A stretch of 64,000 nucleotides of DNA from Clostridia bacterium. GTDB lineage: Bacteria > Bacillota > Clostridia > Oscillospirales > Acutalibacteraceae. A model generated the notes under the pieces. The model was not told where the DNA came from, ran no database searches, and saw only the letters and a program-made list of their open reading frames with translations. Numbering within the stretch: position 1 is the stretch's first letter; every line of letters starts with the position of its first letter. The stretch lies in NCBI GenBank assembly GCA_017550895.1, contig JAFZNN010000236.1:1232-65231 (forward strand). Direction: 5' to 3'. This document shows positions 1 to 8,707 of this stretch, piece after piece. The position numbers and the translations under genes were made by a program.

Positions 1-88
1 TTACGACCCCGACGGCGCGTTTCTCGGTCTGGGCGAATCGGACGGCGGGGAGCTGCTCGCGGTCAGACGCGTCTTTCAGGATCAATAA
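1..88 (+). CDS. 3' end of a CDS truncated by the window edge, possibly the TruB C-terminus
   Basis: The frame from nt 2 reads YDPDGAFLGLGESDGGELLAVRRVFQDQ* (TAA 86-88), resembling TruB C-terminal tails; too short to be sure. Confidence 0.4.
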   Translation, partial: YDPDGAFLGLGESDGGELLAVRRVFQDQ

Positions 89-102
89 ATGCATACGTTT
101 TC

Positions 103-135
103 AAGCTGCACGCTCCGTGCAGCTTTTCTTTTTTT
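103..135 (+). terminator. intrinsic terminator
   Basis: AAGCTGCAC-GCTCC-GTGCAGCTT followed by TTCTTTTTTT. Confidence 0.85.
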
Positions 136-145
136 GCGTCAAAAC

Positions 146-211
146 TGAAAATCATTCTCAAATTACTTGACAAACGGCGCCTTCTGCGCTAAAATTGATA
201 ACGCTTTTCAA
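146..211 (+). promoter_or_regulatory. sigma70 promoter of the fur-family operon with two Fur-type 7-1-7 boxes
   Basis: TTGACA(167-172)-17-TAAAAT(190-195); boxes TGAAAAT-C-ATTCTCA (146-160) and TGATAAC-G-CTTTTCA (196-210) resemble the Fur consensus TGATAAT-N-ATTATCA. Confidence 0.75.
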
Positions 212-225
212 ATTGGAGGTGCAAT

Positions 226-675
226 ATGGAAAAATCGAACTATAAAACCAAGCAGAACACGGCGCTGCTGGACTATCTGCGCACCGTGCCGGGCAAGCAT
301 GTGACGGTCAGCGACATCTGCAGCCACTTTGCGGCCTGCGGCGAGGCGATCAGCACAGCGACGGTCTACCGCCGGCTGGAGCGCATGGTGGACGACGGCG
401 TCGTCAACAAATACACCCTTGACCCGGGCAGCCCCGCCTGCTTCGAATATGTGCCCGCGCAGGATCACGGGGCCGCGGTCTGCTATCACTGCAAATGCGA
501 GCAATGCGGCCGGCTGATCCATCTGCATTGCGAAGAGGTGCGCGAAATCGGCGAGCACCTGCGCACGCACCACGCCTTTGTGCTCGATCCGCGGCGCACC
601 GTCTTCTACGGCCTGTGCGCCGACTGCGCAGCGCAATCGAACGCGGCCGCACAACAACCTGCATCGGAGGTCTGA
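226..675 (+). CDS. Fur/Zur-family metal-responsive transcriptional regulator
   Basis: GGAGG RBS; ATVYRRLERMVDDG helix-turn-helix; HCKCEQC and LCADC Zn motifs. Confidence 0.9.
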   Translation: MEKSNYKTKQNTALLDYLRTVPGKHVTVSDICSHFAACGEAISTATVYRRLERMVDDGVVNKYTLDPGSPACFEYVPAQDHGAAVCYHCKCEQCGRLIHLHCEEVREIGEHLRTHHAFVLDPRRTVFYGLCADCAAQSNAAAQQPASEV

Positions 676-677
676 TC

Positions 678-1382
678 ATGGCACAACTGATTTGCCGGGA
701 TCTCGCGCTCGGCTATGACGGCGGCGCGATCCTGGAGCATCTGAATTTTGAAGTGAACGCCGGCGAGTATCTTTGCATCCTCGGCGAAAACGGCTCGGGC
801 AAGAGCACGCTCATGCGCACGCTCCTCGGCCTGCAGCCCCCGCTCAGCGGCGAGATCCGCACGGGCGACGGTCTGGCGCACAATGAGATCGGCTATCTGC
901 CGCAGCAGACGGTGGTGCAGCGTGATTTTCCCGCCTCCGTCTGGGAAATCGTGCTCTCCGGCTGCCAGGGCGGCTGCGGCATGCGGCCGTTCTATACGAA
1001 AGAGGAAAAAGCGCGCGCCGCCGAGGCGATGGAAACGCTCAGCATCACGCCGCTGACGAAGCGCTGCTACCGGGAGCTTTCCGGCGGGCAGCAGCAGCGG
1101 GTGCTGCTCGCGCGCGCACTCTGCGCCACCCGCAAGCTCCTGCTGCTGGACGAGCCCGTGGCCGGACTGGATCCCCGGGTCACGCAGGAACTCTATGCCC
1201 TGATCCGCAAGCTCCACGCGCGCGGCATCACCATCATCATGATCTCGCACGATCTGCACGCGGCGCTGGAGGATGCGGACCACATCCTGCATATCGGCAG
1301 CACCGTGTTTTTCGGCACGAAGGCCGATTACCTGCAGAGTGACTGCTATCGCGGCTTTCTGAAGGGAGGCGACGCGCAATGA
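678..1382 (+). CDS. znuC: Zn/Mn ABC transporter ATP-binding protein (ZnuC-like)
   Basis: Walker A GENGSGKST, LSGGQQQR signature, LLLDEP; ATG at 678 after GGAGG. Confidence 0.85.
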   Translation: MAQLICRDLALGYDGGAILEHLNFEVNAGEYLCILGENGSGKSTLMRTLLGLQPPLSGEIRTGDGLAHNEIGYLPQQTVVQRDFPASVWEIVLSGCQGGCGMRPFYTKEEKARAAEAMETLSITPLTKRCYRELSGGQQQRVLLARALCATRKLLLLDEPVAGLDPRVTQELYALIRKLHARGITIIMISHDLHAALEDADHILHIGSTVFFGTKADYLQSDCYRGFLKGGDAQ

Positions 1383-2218
1383 CGCTGCTCGAGTATCTGC
1401 AATATCCGTTTGTGCGCTATGCGCTGATCGTCGGCGTGCTGATCGCGCTGTGCTCCTCCCTGCTGGGCGTGACGCTCGTGCTCAAGCGCTTCTCCTTCAT
1501 CGGCGACGGTCTGAGCCACGTCGCCTTCGGCGGTCTTGCGATCGCGGCCGTGATGAACCTGACAAATGAAATGCCGCTCGTGCTCGCCGTGACGGTCGTG
1601 AGCGCCGTCCTGCTGCTGCGCACGGGGCAGAACGCCAAAATCAAAGGCGACGCCGCCATCGCGATGATCTCCGTGGGCGCGCTGGCCATCGGCTATCTGC
1701 TGATGAACCTGTTCTCAACCTCCTCCAACCTCTCCGGCGACGTGTGCACCACGCTCTTCGGCTCCACCTCCATCCTGACGCTGACCAGGTCGGAGGTCTG
1801 GCTGAGCATCGTGCTTTCCGTGCTGGTGGTCGCCATCTTCATTTTCTTCTATCACAAAATTTTCGCCATCACCTTTGACGAAAGCTTTGCCAAGGCGACC
1901 GGCACGCACACCGGCCTTTACAACCTGCTGATCGCGATTGTGATCGCGGTGATCATCGTGCTTGCCATGAACCTGGTCGGCTCGCTCCTGATCTCGGCGC
2001 TGGTGATCTTCCCCGCGCTCTCCGCGATGCGGCTGTTCAAGAGCTTCAAGGCCGTCACGGTCTGCGCCGCGGTTTTCTCCGTGGTCTGCACCGTCACGGG
2101 TCTGCTGGTCTCCGTCATGTCCGGCACGCCGGTCGGCTCCACGATCGTCGCGGTCGACCTGGCCGCCTTCCTGCTTTGCTGGCTGGTCGGCAAGCTGACC
2201 GCAGGCAGAGCGGCCTGA
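1379..2218 (+). CDS. znuB: Zn/Mn ABC transporter permease (ZnuB-like)
   Basis: GDGLSHVAFGG and GSLLISAL motifs of ABC-3 permeases; ATGA overlap with the ATPase gene. Confidence 0.85.
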   Translation: MTLLEYLQYPFVRYALIVGVLIALCSSLLGVTLVLKRFSFIGDGLSHVAFGGLAIAAVMNLTNEMPLVLAVTVVSAVLLLRTGQNAKIKGDAAIAMISVGALAIGYLLMNLFSTSSNLSGDVCTTLFGSTSILTLTRSEVWLSIVLSVLVVAIFIFFYHKIFAITFDESFAKATGTHTGLYNLLIAIVIAVIIVLAMNLVGSLLISALVIFPALSAMRLFKSFKAVTVCAAVFSVVCTVTGLLVSVMSGTPVGSTIVAVDLAAFLLCWLVGKLTAGRAA

Positions 2219-2235
2219 CGAAGAAAAAACAGAAA

Positions 2236-2303
2236 AATGGCGTGCTGCCGAATGCAATCCGGTCCTTTCCGGATGACTGCGCATTCTGCAGCACGCTGTT
2301 TTC
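2236..2303. terminator. long hairpin terminator after the metal ABC operon
   Basis: AAAAATGGCGTGCTGC...GCAGCACGCTGTTTT with inner stems GAATGC/GCATTC and ATCCGG/CCGGAT. Confidence 0.65.
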
Positions 2304-2311
2304 ATTCTGGG

Positions 2312-2349
2312 TGATAATCATTGACTAGATCAAGCAGATGTGCTATAGT
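2312..2349 (+). promoter_or_regulatory. extended -10 promoter overlapped by a Fur-like box
   Basis: TTGACT(2321-2326)-17-TATAGT(2344-2349) with TG at 2341-2342; TGATAAT-C-ATTGACT at 2312-2326. Confidence 0.7.
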
Positions 2350-2355
2350 AATACT

Positions 2356-2422
2356 GGAACTGGGAGAGTTAGTAGAGCTTAGCTTGAAACCTTTGGGCGA
2401 GAAGCCACCCGGTTCTTTTTTT
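2356..2422 (+). ncRNA. candidate small regulatory RNA (family not recognised)
   Basis: Own promoter; no ATG-started ORF; closing stem GAACTGGG(2357-2364)/CCCGGTTC(2408-2415) followed by a T-run; no downstream gene on the same strand. Confidence 0.55.
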
Positions 2423-2495
2423 CTTTGCACTATACATTGTCGGCGCTGATCGCGTTGGTTTTGCGGATCGTCGTTGAGCGGAACCGGGCGCGCCG

Positions 2496-3116
2496 TTATC
2501 TGGAAATCCGCCGTTTGCCCAGATCGAGCAGGCTGCCCACGGCGATCGCGCCGATGACCGTGATCACGGTCTCAATCAGCATATAAGCGCCGTTATACGT
2601 CAGCGAATAAAGGATCACGGCCTTGATCGCGCTGCTCGGCGCATATCCGCTCCAGACCGTGACGCCGCTGATGAAATGGCAGGTAAAGCGCAGCAGGCAG
2701 ACGATCAGGCTGCCGATCGCCAGCGCCGGCACCTGCCGGGCGGCGAAGGTGTCTCTGTTTTCGAACGCCTTTTTCAGCATACCGCCCATGCCCAGCACGC
2801 CGTATGCGATCAGATAATCAAACAGCGCGACCATCAGCATCGCGCCAACGCCGGTCACATAAGAGAAATTCTTCAGCCCCATGATCAGCTCGAAAATCGC
2901 GAGCACCAGCGCCGCGGGGATCCCTGCCTTCAGGCCGTGGCGATAGCTGATGATGATGATCGGCACCTGGCCGAAAATCGTAAAGCCGCCGCCGTAGGCC
3001 CACGGCCAGGGGATCATCTCCGACACCGCGAACAGCGCGATCGACAGCGCGATCATGACTGCGCTTTCGGCGAGCACCTGCGTGGTGCTGACGGCGATTC
3101 CTGTTTTGTTTTTCAT
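2496..3116 (-). CDS. thiT: ECF-type thiamine transporter S component
   Basis: LAESAVMIAL..WAYGGGFTIFGQVP..RHGLKAG membrane protein directly downstream of a TPP riboswitch. Confidence 0.88.
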   Translation of the reverse strand: MKNKTGIAVSTTQVLAESAVMIALSIALFAVSEMIPWPWAYGGGFTIFGQVPIIIISYRHGLKAGIPAALVLAIFELIMGLKNFSYVTGVGAMLMVALFDYLIAYGVLGMGGMLKKAFENRDTFAARQVPALAIGSLIVCLLRFTCHFISGVTVWSGYAPSSAIKAVILYSLTYNGAYMLIETVITVIGAIAVGSLLDLGKRRISR

Positions 3117-3156
3117 TGTTCGTTCTCCTTCCTTCCGCTATGCGGAGATCATACTG

Positions 3157-3206
3157 TAAAAAATGCGCCCGACCGTGCAGATTTCCTGACCGTCGGGCGT
3201 TTTTTG
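3157..3206 (-). terminator. expression-platform terminator of the TPP riboswitch
   Basis: Minus strand CGCCCGACGGT...ACGGTCGGGCG followed by CATTTTTT. Confidence 0.75.
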
Positions 3207-3212
3207 CCGCTT

Positions 3213-3290
3213 GTTTCCTACGCCCGCATTACCGGGATCAGGTTCCGGGGTATTATCTCAGCCGAACGGATTCCGTTCAGCACCCCCTGT
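3213..3290 (-). ncRNA. TPP (THI-box) riboswitch
   Basis: Minus strand GGGGTGC...CTGAGA..ATACCC.GGAACCTGATCCCGGTAATGCGGGCGTAGGAA matches the TPP aptamer consensus. Confidence 0.93.
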
Positions 3291-3305
3291 TCAGTTTTTC
3301 GCTTC

Positions 3306-4739
3306 TCAGTCTTCCGCCGTCGCCGATCGGTTTGCCTTCCCCTCCGGCGTATCGCGGTAAAACTGCGTTTTCGGATTCGGATGCTTTGTGGTGTTCCACA
3401 GCTCGTCCGCCACCGGCTGCCAGGCCTTCGCGAAGGCGTCGCAGCGCGCGCAGAGCGTTTCCGCGCTCTCCGGCTCGATCAGATCCGTGGATTTCGCGCC
3501 GGTCTGCGCAATGATCGCCCGCAGGATCTCCGGATTCTCCAGCATCGGGCAGGGCCGCAGATGGTTGTCGTTGAACGGCTGGTTGTGATAATAGGCCTGG
3601 AACAGCGGATTCTTCAGCCCCTCCAGCAGCGTATGCGTGCGGATATTCGCGTCGGAATAATGCACGAACACGCAGGGCTCCATATCGCCCGAAGAGTTGA
3701 TGTGGAAATAATTCCGCCCGGCCGCGATGCAGCCGCCGACATATTCGCCGTCATTCTGGAAATCCATCACAAAGAGCGGCTGCCCGGTCTTGCCGTCGCG
3801 CACCTTGCGCAGCCATTTATACATGAACACCCGCTGCTCGGGCGTCGGGATCAGTTCTGGCACCGCCCCGCCGCCGACCGGCATATAGTTGAAGTAAAAC
3901 GCGAACCGCGCGCCCTTCTCCACAAGCAGACGCAGGAACGCGTCGCCTGTGACGTCGGGGATGTTCCTGCTCGTGTAGCAGACGGAAACGCCGTAGAAGA
4001 TGCCGTTGCGCTGCAGCAGCTCCATCGCCTTGATCGCGCGGCTGTAAGCGCCCGCGCCGCGGCGGTCGTCCGTGCTCTCCTGCGTGCCCTCGATGCTGAT
4101 CGCCAGCGTCAGGTTGCCCACCGCCTTCATGCGGGAGCAGAAGCTCTGATCGATCAGCGTGGCGTTGGTGTAGGCCAGGAAGGCGCAGTCCGGATGCTCG
4201 GCGCAAAGGGTCAGAATATCGTCCTTGCGCACAAGCGGCTCGCCGCCGGTCATCATATAGACATGCGTGCCCAGCGCCGTGCCCTGATCGACGATGCTGC
4301 GCATCTCATCGAGCGAAAGATTCGACTGGTGGCCGTATTCCGCCGACCAGCAGCCCTTGCAATGCATATTGCACGCGCTCGTGGGATCCATCAGCAGCAG
4401 GAACGGGATATTGCAGTGATATTTTTCGCGATTGGCGCGCACGGCCTTCGTGCCGTTGACGCCGGCGCCCAGGCCGACGGCCAGAAAAAGTTTTTTGATA
4501 TAGGCCGGGTCGCTCTCACGCACGATCCGCTCCGCATAATCGCGCCAGACGCTTTCCGGATCCTGCATGGCGCTGCGGAAGGCGTCGAAGTTCTTCGCGG
4601 GGAAGGTGCTGCCGCTGAGCTTCTGCGCCAGATTGATCAGCTGCACCAGGCGCGCGGCCGGCGCTTTGCGGATATAGGCATACAGCGCATCGAGCGTCAC
4701 GGACGCCGCTGCGCGCTGCAGACGTTCTTTTGTGGTCAC
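3306..4739 (-). CDS. radical SAM protein with SPASM/twitch-type C-terminus
   Basis: CNMHCKGC (CxxxCxxC), TGGEP, GCIAAG..HINSSGDMEPC; GTG start at 4739 after GGAGGTG. Confidence 0.88.
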   Translation of the reverse strand: MTTKERLQRAAASVTLDALYAYIRKAPAARLVQLINLAQKLSGSTFPAKNFDAFRSAMQDPESVWRDYAERIVRESDPAYIKKLFLAVGLGAGVNGTKAVRANREKYHCNIPFLLLMDPTSACNMHCKGCWSAEYGHQSNLSLDEMRSIVDQGTALGTHVYMMTGGEPLVRKDDILTLCAEHPDCAFLAYTNATLIDQSFCSRMKAVGNLTLAISIEGTQESTDDRRGAGAYSRAIKAMELLQRNGIFYGVSVCYTSRNIPDVTGDAFLRLLVEKGARFAFYFNYMPVGGGAVPELIPTPEQRVFMYKWLRKVRDGKTGQPLFVMDFQNDGEYVGGCIAAGRNYFHINSSGDMEPCVFVHYSDANIRTHTLLEGLKNPLFQAYYHNQPFNDNHLRPCPMLENPEILRAIIAQTGAKSTDLIEPESAETLCARCDAFAKAWQPVADELWNTTKHPNPKTQFYRDTPEGKANRSATAED

Positions 4740-4926
4740 GGCAATCACCTCCCGGATCGAGATATACGGATAGAGTATAGCACAATCTGCCGCCCTTGTC
4801 CACATATTTTTAAAAAAACAGGAGATATTTCTTGCTTTCCTCCTGAAATCAGCGTATAGTAAAGGAGGAAAACAAGCAGGGCGCGCCGCACTTCGCGCAA
4901 CGCCGCCCGAGGAATGAGGGAAAACT

Positions 4927-6630
4927 GTGAAGGAAAAATTCATGCGCGGCTCCCACGTGATCGGGCTGGTCGTGCGCATCATTATCGCCGCGGGCATCAT
5001 CGGACTGATTGTCTGGAAGTTCGACACGCTGCGCAATATCGATATTCCCGCGCTTGTGGCCGCCAAGGAAAACGTCTGGATCGCCATTCTGAGCATCTGG
5101 GGCGTTTATCTGCTCAAGGCCGTCACCTTCGTCGTGCCCGCTTCCGTGGTCTATATCGCCGTCGGCATGGCGTTCCGCCCGGTCATCGCGATCCTGGTCA
5201 ACAGCGCCGGCATCCTGCTGGAGGTCTGCGCGACTTATCTGCTCGGCATCCTGCTCGGCGGCCCGTATGTCACCCACAAGCTCGAGCAGGTGCGCTGGGG
5301 CGAAAAAATCCTTGCGCTGCAGAAGCGCGGCAAGCTCTCCGCCATCTTCCTGCTGCGGCTGATCCCGGTGTTCCCGATCGACATCACCGGCCTGCTGCTC
5401 GGCGCGGTGCGCATGCGCTTCCTGCCCTATCTCGGCCTTTCCCTTGCCGGCATCCTGCCGCGCGTGATCCTGTTCACGCTGCTCGGCGACCGGATTTATG
5501 ATTTGATCCCGCGGCAGCTGCTCACCCTGATCGCCGCCGTGCTCGTGGCGCTGGCGCTGGTCGTCTGGGTCGTGCGCTACGCGCTCAAATCCAAAAAGAA
5601 GGAGCGGAATTTCGGCAAATCCGCCTACACGCCGCTGTGTGAAAGCGATCGCAGCGTCATTTATGACACCGCGCTCGGCCAGGAGGCGGACGGCGCCGCT
5701 GCGCTCGCGCTGCTGGGCGTCCTGACGGAGCAATACGGCAACCGCCTGCTCTGCATCGGCAACAGCACCTCCGATCCCTATGCGAACGGCGCAATCCGCG
5801 CAATTGCCGAATACGCCCGGCTCGGCGCGCCGCAGCTCGCGTGGTACACCGGCGAGAGCCTGCTTGAGGACGGCTCCGTCTACAATCAGAAACTGACGAA
5901 AAAATACTGCAAATACGAAAACAGCGCCGTCGGCGCGGAAGACGCGGAGGACGTCTATCTCAAGCAGCTGCGCCGCGTGCAGGAGGACGGCGTCACCTTC
6001 ATTGTGACCGGGCCGCTGAATATTATCCGCCGCCTGCTGGAGGCGGATGAGGCGCTCTTCAACAAGAAGGTGCATTCCATCGTGCTGCAGGCCGGCGCCT
6101 ACCCGAAGGGGAAGGAATTCCACGCGCAATGCGACCCCGAATCGCTGGCCTATGTGCTTGCGCACTTCAAAAAGCGCATCGTCTGCGTGGGCTCGGAGGT
6201 CGGCAAAAACGTGCAGACCGGCTATCTGGATCCCCCGGCGGACGCCGAAACGAATCCGGTATTTGACGCCTACCGCCTCTCGACCGGCCGCAAGCAGCCG
6301 CCGTTCATGCAGCAGGCATGGGCGCTCACGGCGGTGCAGTATGCCTTTGAGGGCGACGGCGATTATTACCAGCTCTCCAAGCCCGTCAATATCCATGTGG
6401 AAGCGGACGGCGAAGTCCGCACGGAAAAGAATAAATACGCAAAGCAGCATTATCTGATCCGCACAGCGGATACGGCCGACCTGGCGGCGCATCTCAACGC
6501 GCTGCTGGCGCAATGCGGCAAGCCCGTCGCCGCGCCGCAAGCGGACGAAGCGCAGACGGAGGCGCCTGCCGCACCCGCGATTGCGGCGGAAGCGGCGCAG
6601 CCCGCGCAGGCGCCGTCGATCGACGGCTGA
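4927..6630 (+). CDS. DedA/TVP38 (VTT) membrane domain fused to a nucleoside-hydrolase-like domain
   Basis: N-half has FVVPAS..LLRLIPVFPIDIT (VTT); C-half has VIYDTALG, FIVTGPLNII, EFHAQCDP resembling IU-nucleoside hydrolases. Confidence 0.7.
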   Translation: MKEKFMRGSHVIGLVVRIIIAAGIIGLIVWKFDTLRNIDIPALVAAKENVWIAILSIWGVYLLKAVTFVVPASVVYIAVGMAFRPVIAILVNSAGILLEVCATYLLGILLGGPYVTHKLEQVRWGEKILALQKRGKLSAIFLLRLIPVFPIDITGLLLGAVRMRFLPYLGLSLAGILPRVILFTLLGDRIYDLIPRQLLTLIAAVLVALALVVWVVRYALKSKKKERNFGKSAYTPLCESDRSVIYDTALGQEADGAAALALLGVLTEQYGNRLLCIGNSTSDPYANGAIRAIAEYARLGAPQLAWYTGESLLEDGSVYNQKLTKKYCKYENSAVGAEDAEDVYLKQLRRVQEDGVTFIVTGPLNIIRRLLEADEALFNKKVHSIVLQAGAYPKGKEFHAQCDPESLAYVLAHFKKRIVCVGSEVGKNVQTGYLDPPADAETNPVFDAYRLSTGRKQPPFMQQAWALTAVQYAFEGDGDYYQLSKPVNIHVEADGEVRTEKNKYAKQHYLIRTADTADLAAHLNALLAQCGKPVAAPQADEAQTEAPAAPAIAAEAAQPAQAPSIDG

Positions 6631-6649
6631 CAATCCGGAATCATACGCA

Positions 6650-6707
6650 TCAAAAAAGATGGACTTCGGCAGGATTTCATTCTCCTGCTGAAGCCCATCC
6701 TTTTTAT
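6650..6707. terminator. bidirectional terminator
   Basis: AAAAAAGATGGACTTCGGCAGGA-loop-TCCTGCTGAAGCCCATCCTTTTT between convergent genes. Confidence 0.8.
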
Positions 6708-6744
6708 TGTTGAATTGCCGCCCGCCGCCGTTGCCCGCGCCCCG

Positions 6745-7740
6745 TCACGCCGAAACGATCGGGGATTTCAGCGCGTAGGTCGCCGCGCACGCGGTTTCTC
6801 CGTCCGGTTCATATTTCCATGTGCTGCGGTAGAAATCCCGGCCGCGGATCGCGACCTCGTTTTCATAGACCTCCACCACAAACCCGCCGCCCGTGTCGGG
6901 GACGGGCTGATGGCCGTCGTCGCCGCCGAGCTCCGTCAGCCGCGGCACATCGATTTCCGGAAAGCCGTTGTTCGTGCGGAACGAGCGCAGCGACAGCGGC
7001 GTGTGATAGTGGCCCACAAAGCAGAACAGATCGTGCGTGCGGTTGTATTCCGCCAGCATCGCTGCCAGCCGGCCGGAATGCGCGCCGGTTGCATCCGTCA
7101 TGCAGGAGATCGGAAAATGCGAAAACACAAACGCGGGTTTTCCGCTTGCGGCGGCCTGCGCGAGCACGTCTGCCAGCCACGCAAGCTGCGTTTCGCTCAT
7201 CTGCATTTCATAAACCGCCTGCGCCTCCATGCCCAGCACGATGCAGTAGAAGCCGTTGATCACCTCGTAATAATACGGATGCTCCAGGCGTCTGCCGAAA
7301 AAGGCGGCGGTGAAATTGAACCAGCGGTTCTGGATTTTATCAAAATCGCCCTCGCCGTTGCCGCAGTCGTGATTGCCCATGACCGGCAGCACGGTTTCGC
7401 CCCGCAGCATGCGCGCGACCGTGCCGTGAAAGATCAGATTCTCCGGCAGCTGCCCGTTCATGGTGCTGTCGCCGAGAAACAGCACGGCGTCGTTGCCGCT
7501 CCGGTTCCGCTTCACATCCTGCAGCGATTTGACGAAGATCTGATAGCACGGCAGGTTGTTGGTTTCGATGTGAACGTCCGAAAGCACGGTGAAGTGCAGC
7601 CTGCACGCCTCCGGCTGCCGGAGATCGTATTCCGTGCCGCCGGGGCCGACGCCGGCAATCAGCAGCATGACCGCGACCACCGCCGCAGCGCAGACGCGCA
7701 GAAACACGGACCTGACGCCCGCGCCGATAACATTGTTCAT
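6745..7740 (-). CDS. calcineurin-like metallophosphoesterase with N-terminal signal or anchor
   Basis: SDVH, LGD, GNHD, SHFP and GHYH motifs; ATG at 7740 after GGAGG. Confidence 0.85.
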   Translation of the reverse strand: MNNVIGAGVRSVFLRVCAAAVVAVMLLIAGVGPGGTEYDLRQPEACRLHFTVLSDVHIETNNLPCYQIFVKSLQDVKRNRSGNDAVLFLGDSTMNGQLPENLIFHGTVARMLRGETVLPVMGNHDCGNGEGDFDKIQNRWFNFTAAFFGRRLEHPYYYEVINGFYCIVLGMEAQAVYEMQMSETQLAWLADVLAQAAASGKPAFVFSHFPISCMTDATGAHSGRLAAMLAEYNRTHDLFCFVGHYHTPLSLRSFRTNNGFPEIDVPRLTELGGDDGHQPVPDTGGGFVVEVYENEVAIRGRDFYRSTWKYEPDGETACAATYALKSPIVSA

Positions 7741-7921
7741 AAAGCACCCTCCTTGCATCCGGATCGCTTCATTTTATCACAACCGCGCGAAAAATACAAG
7801 CCGCAACAAGTGGGTTCGGCAGAAACAAAAAGATGCTCTGATCTGATCCTGCAACAAACAATCCGACCCGGGCACAGCCAGATTGCTGCGTCCGGGTCGT
7901 TCGTTTCGTTTTTGCTGCGCG

Positions 7922-8293
7922 TCAGATCTCCGCCATCCAGAGCCCGTGCAGGTTGCAGTAGGCATACACAGCCGTCGGCTTGTCCCCCGCGAGGGCGAAA
8001 ACGGCCGTCGGCGCGCCGGTGGGATCCAGATCCTTTTTCTGGAAGCCCTGCGCCGTTTCCAGCACGATCCACGCAATGTGGTGCGCCTCGATCATCGGAT
8101 GCGCCGCCGCGCCGACCGTGACCGTCACCTTGTCTCCCTCGACCGCGGCGACCGGCACGTGCTTCTCCACGGACGCGTCCACGGAGCCGGGCACGATCTC
8201 CTGCATTTTCTGCCCGCAGCACATCACGGGCACCCCGTGATTCTCCATATAGGCAACGATGTTGCCGCAATGCGCGCACTGATAAAACTTCAT
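7922..8293 (-). CDS. dfx: desulfoferrodoxin / superoxide reductase
   Basis: CAHCGN..CCG desulforedoxin domain; EKHVP, HPM..H and CNLHGLW SOR ligands. Confidence 0.93.
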   Translation of the reverse strand: MKFYQCAHCGNIVAYMENHGVPVMCCGQKMQEIVPGSVDASVEKHVPVAAVEGDKVTVTVGAAAHPMIEAHHIAWIVLETAQGFQKKDLDPTGAPTAVFALAGDKPTAVYAYCNLHGLWMAEI

Positions 8294-8436
8294 TCCGAAA
8301 CCCTCCTGTCGTTATTTTTTTCATTATAGCATATCCGCCCGGAGAAAATCAAGTCCGGCCCGGCGGGTTTCCGCGCGCCATCAAAATCGCGCGGAAAGGC
8401 CGCCCGAAACCCGCTGAAAATTTTTAAAAAAAGGGC

Positions 8437-8465
8437 TTGACGCAAGCGGCGTTTTATGATATAGT
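8437..8465 (+). promoter_or_regulatory. tRNA operon promoter
   Basis: TTGACG-17-TATAGT with extended -10 TG. Confidence 0.8.
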
Positions 8466-8480
8466 TATTTAGCATTCCGT

Positions 8481-8556
8481 GCTGGTGTAGCTCAGTTGGT
8501 AGAGCAGCTGATTTGTAATCAGCAGGTCGGGGGTTCGAGTCCGTCCACCAGCTCCA
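8481..8556 (+). tRNA. tRNA-Thr(TGT)
   Basis: 76-nt cloverleaf; anticodon arm CTGAT-T-TGT-A-ATCAG; GTTCGAG T-loop; encoded CCA. Confidence 0.97.
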
Positions 8557-8587
8557 TGGCGGCTTTCGACCCCTTAAAATAGAATAT

Positions 8588-8672
8588 GGGAGAGTTCCCG
8601 AGCGGCCAAAGGGGGCAGACTGTAAATCTGTTGTCACTGACTTCGGTGGTTCGAATCCACCCTCTCCCACCA
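8588..8672 (+). tRNA. tRNA-Tyr(GTA)
   Basis: 85 nt; acceptor stem GGGAGAG/CTCTCCC+ACCA; CAGA-CT-GTA-AA-TCTG anticodon arm; long variable arm. Confidence 0.97.
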
Positions 8673-8674
8673 TG

Positions 8675-8704
8675 AAAAAACCTCGTCTTCGGACGAGGTT
8701 TTTT
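8675..8704. terminator. terminator at the head of repeat copy A
   Basis: AAAAAACCTCGTC-TTCG-GACGAGGTTTTTT. Confidence 0.85.
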
Positions 8705-8707
8705 CAA

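Noticed and set aside
2380-2415. Resemblance of the candidate sRNA to a c-di-GMP-I riboswitch (AAACC..GGG..CG..AAGCC.CC.GG)
   Set aside because: The GNRA-capped P2 hairpin is missing and no downstream gene is controlled on that strand.
4796-4804. oriC/DnaA boxes (TTGTCCACA at 4796; TGTGGATAC at 52882)
   Set aside because: They are isolated imperfect boxes, one overlapping a -35 element and one in coding sequence; there is no cluster and no dnaA.
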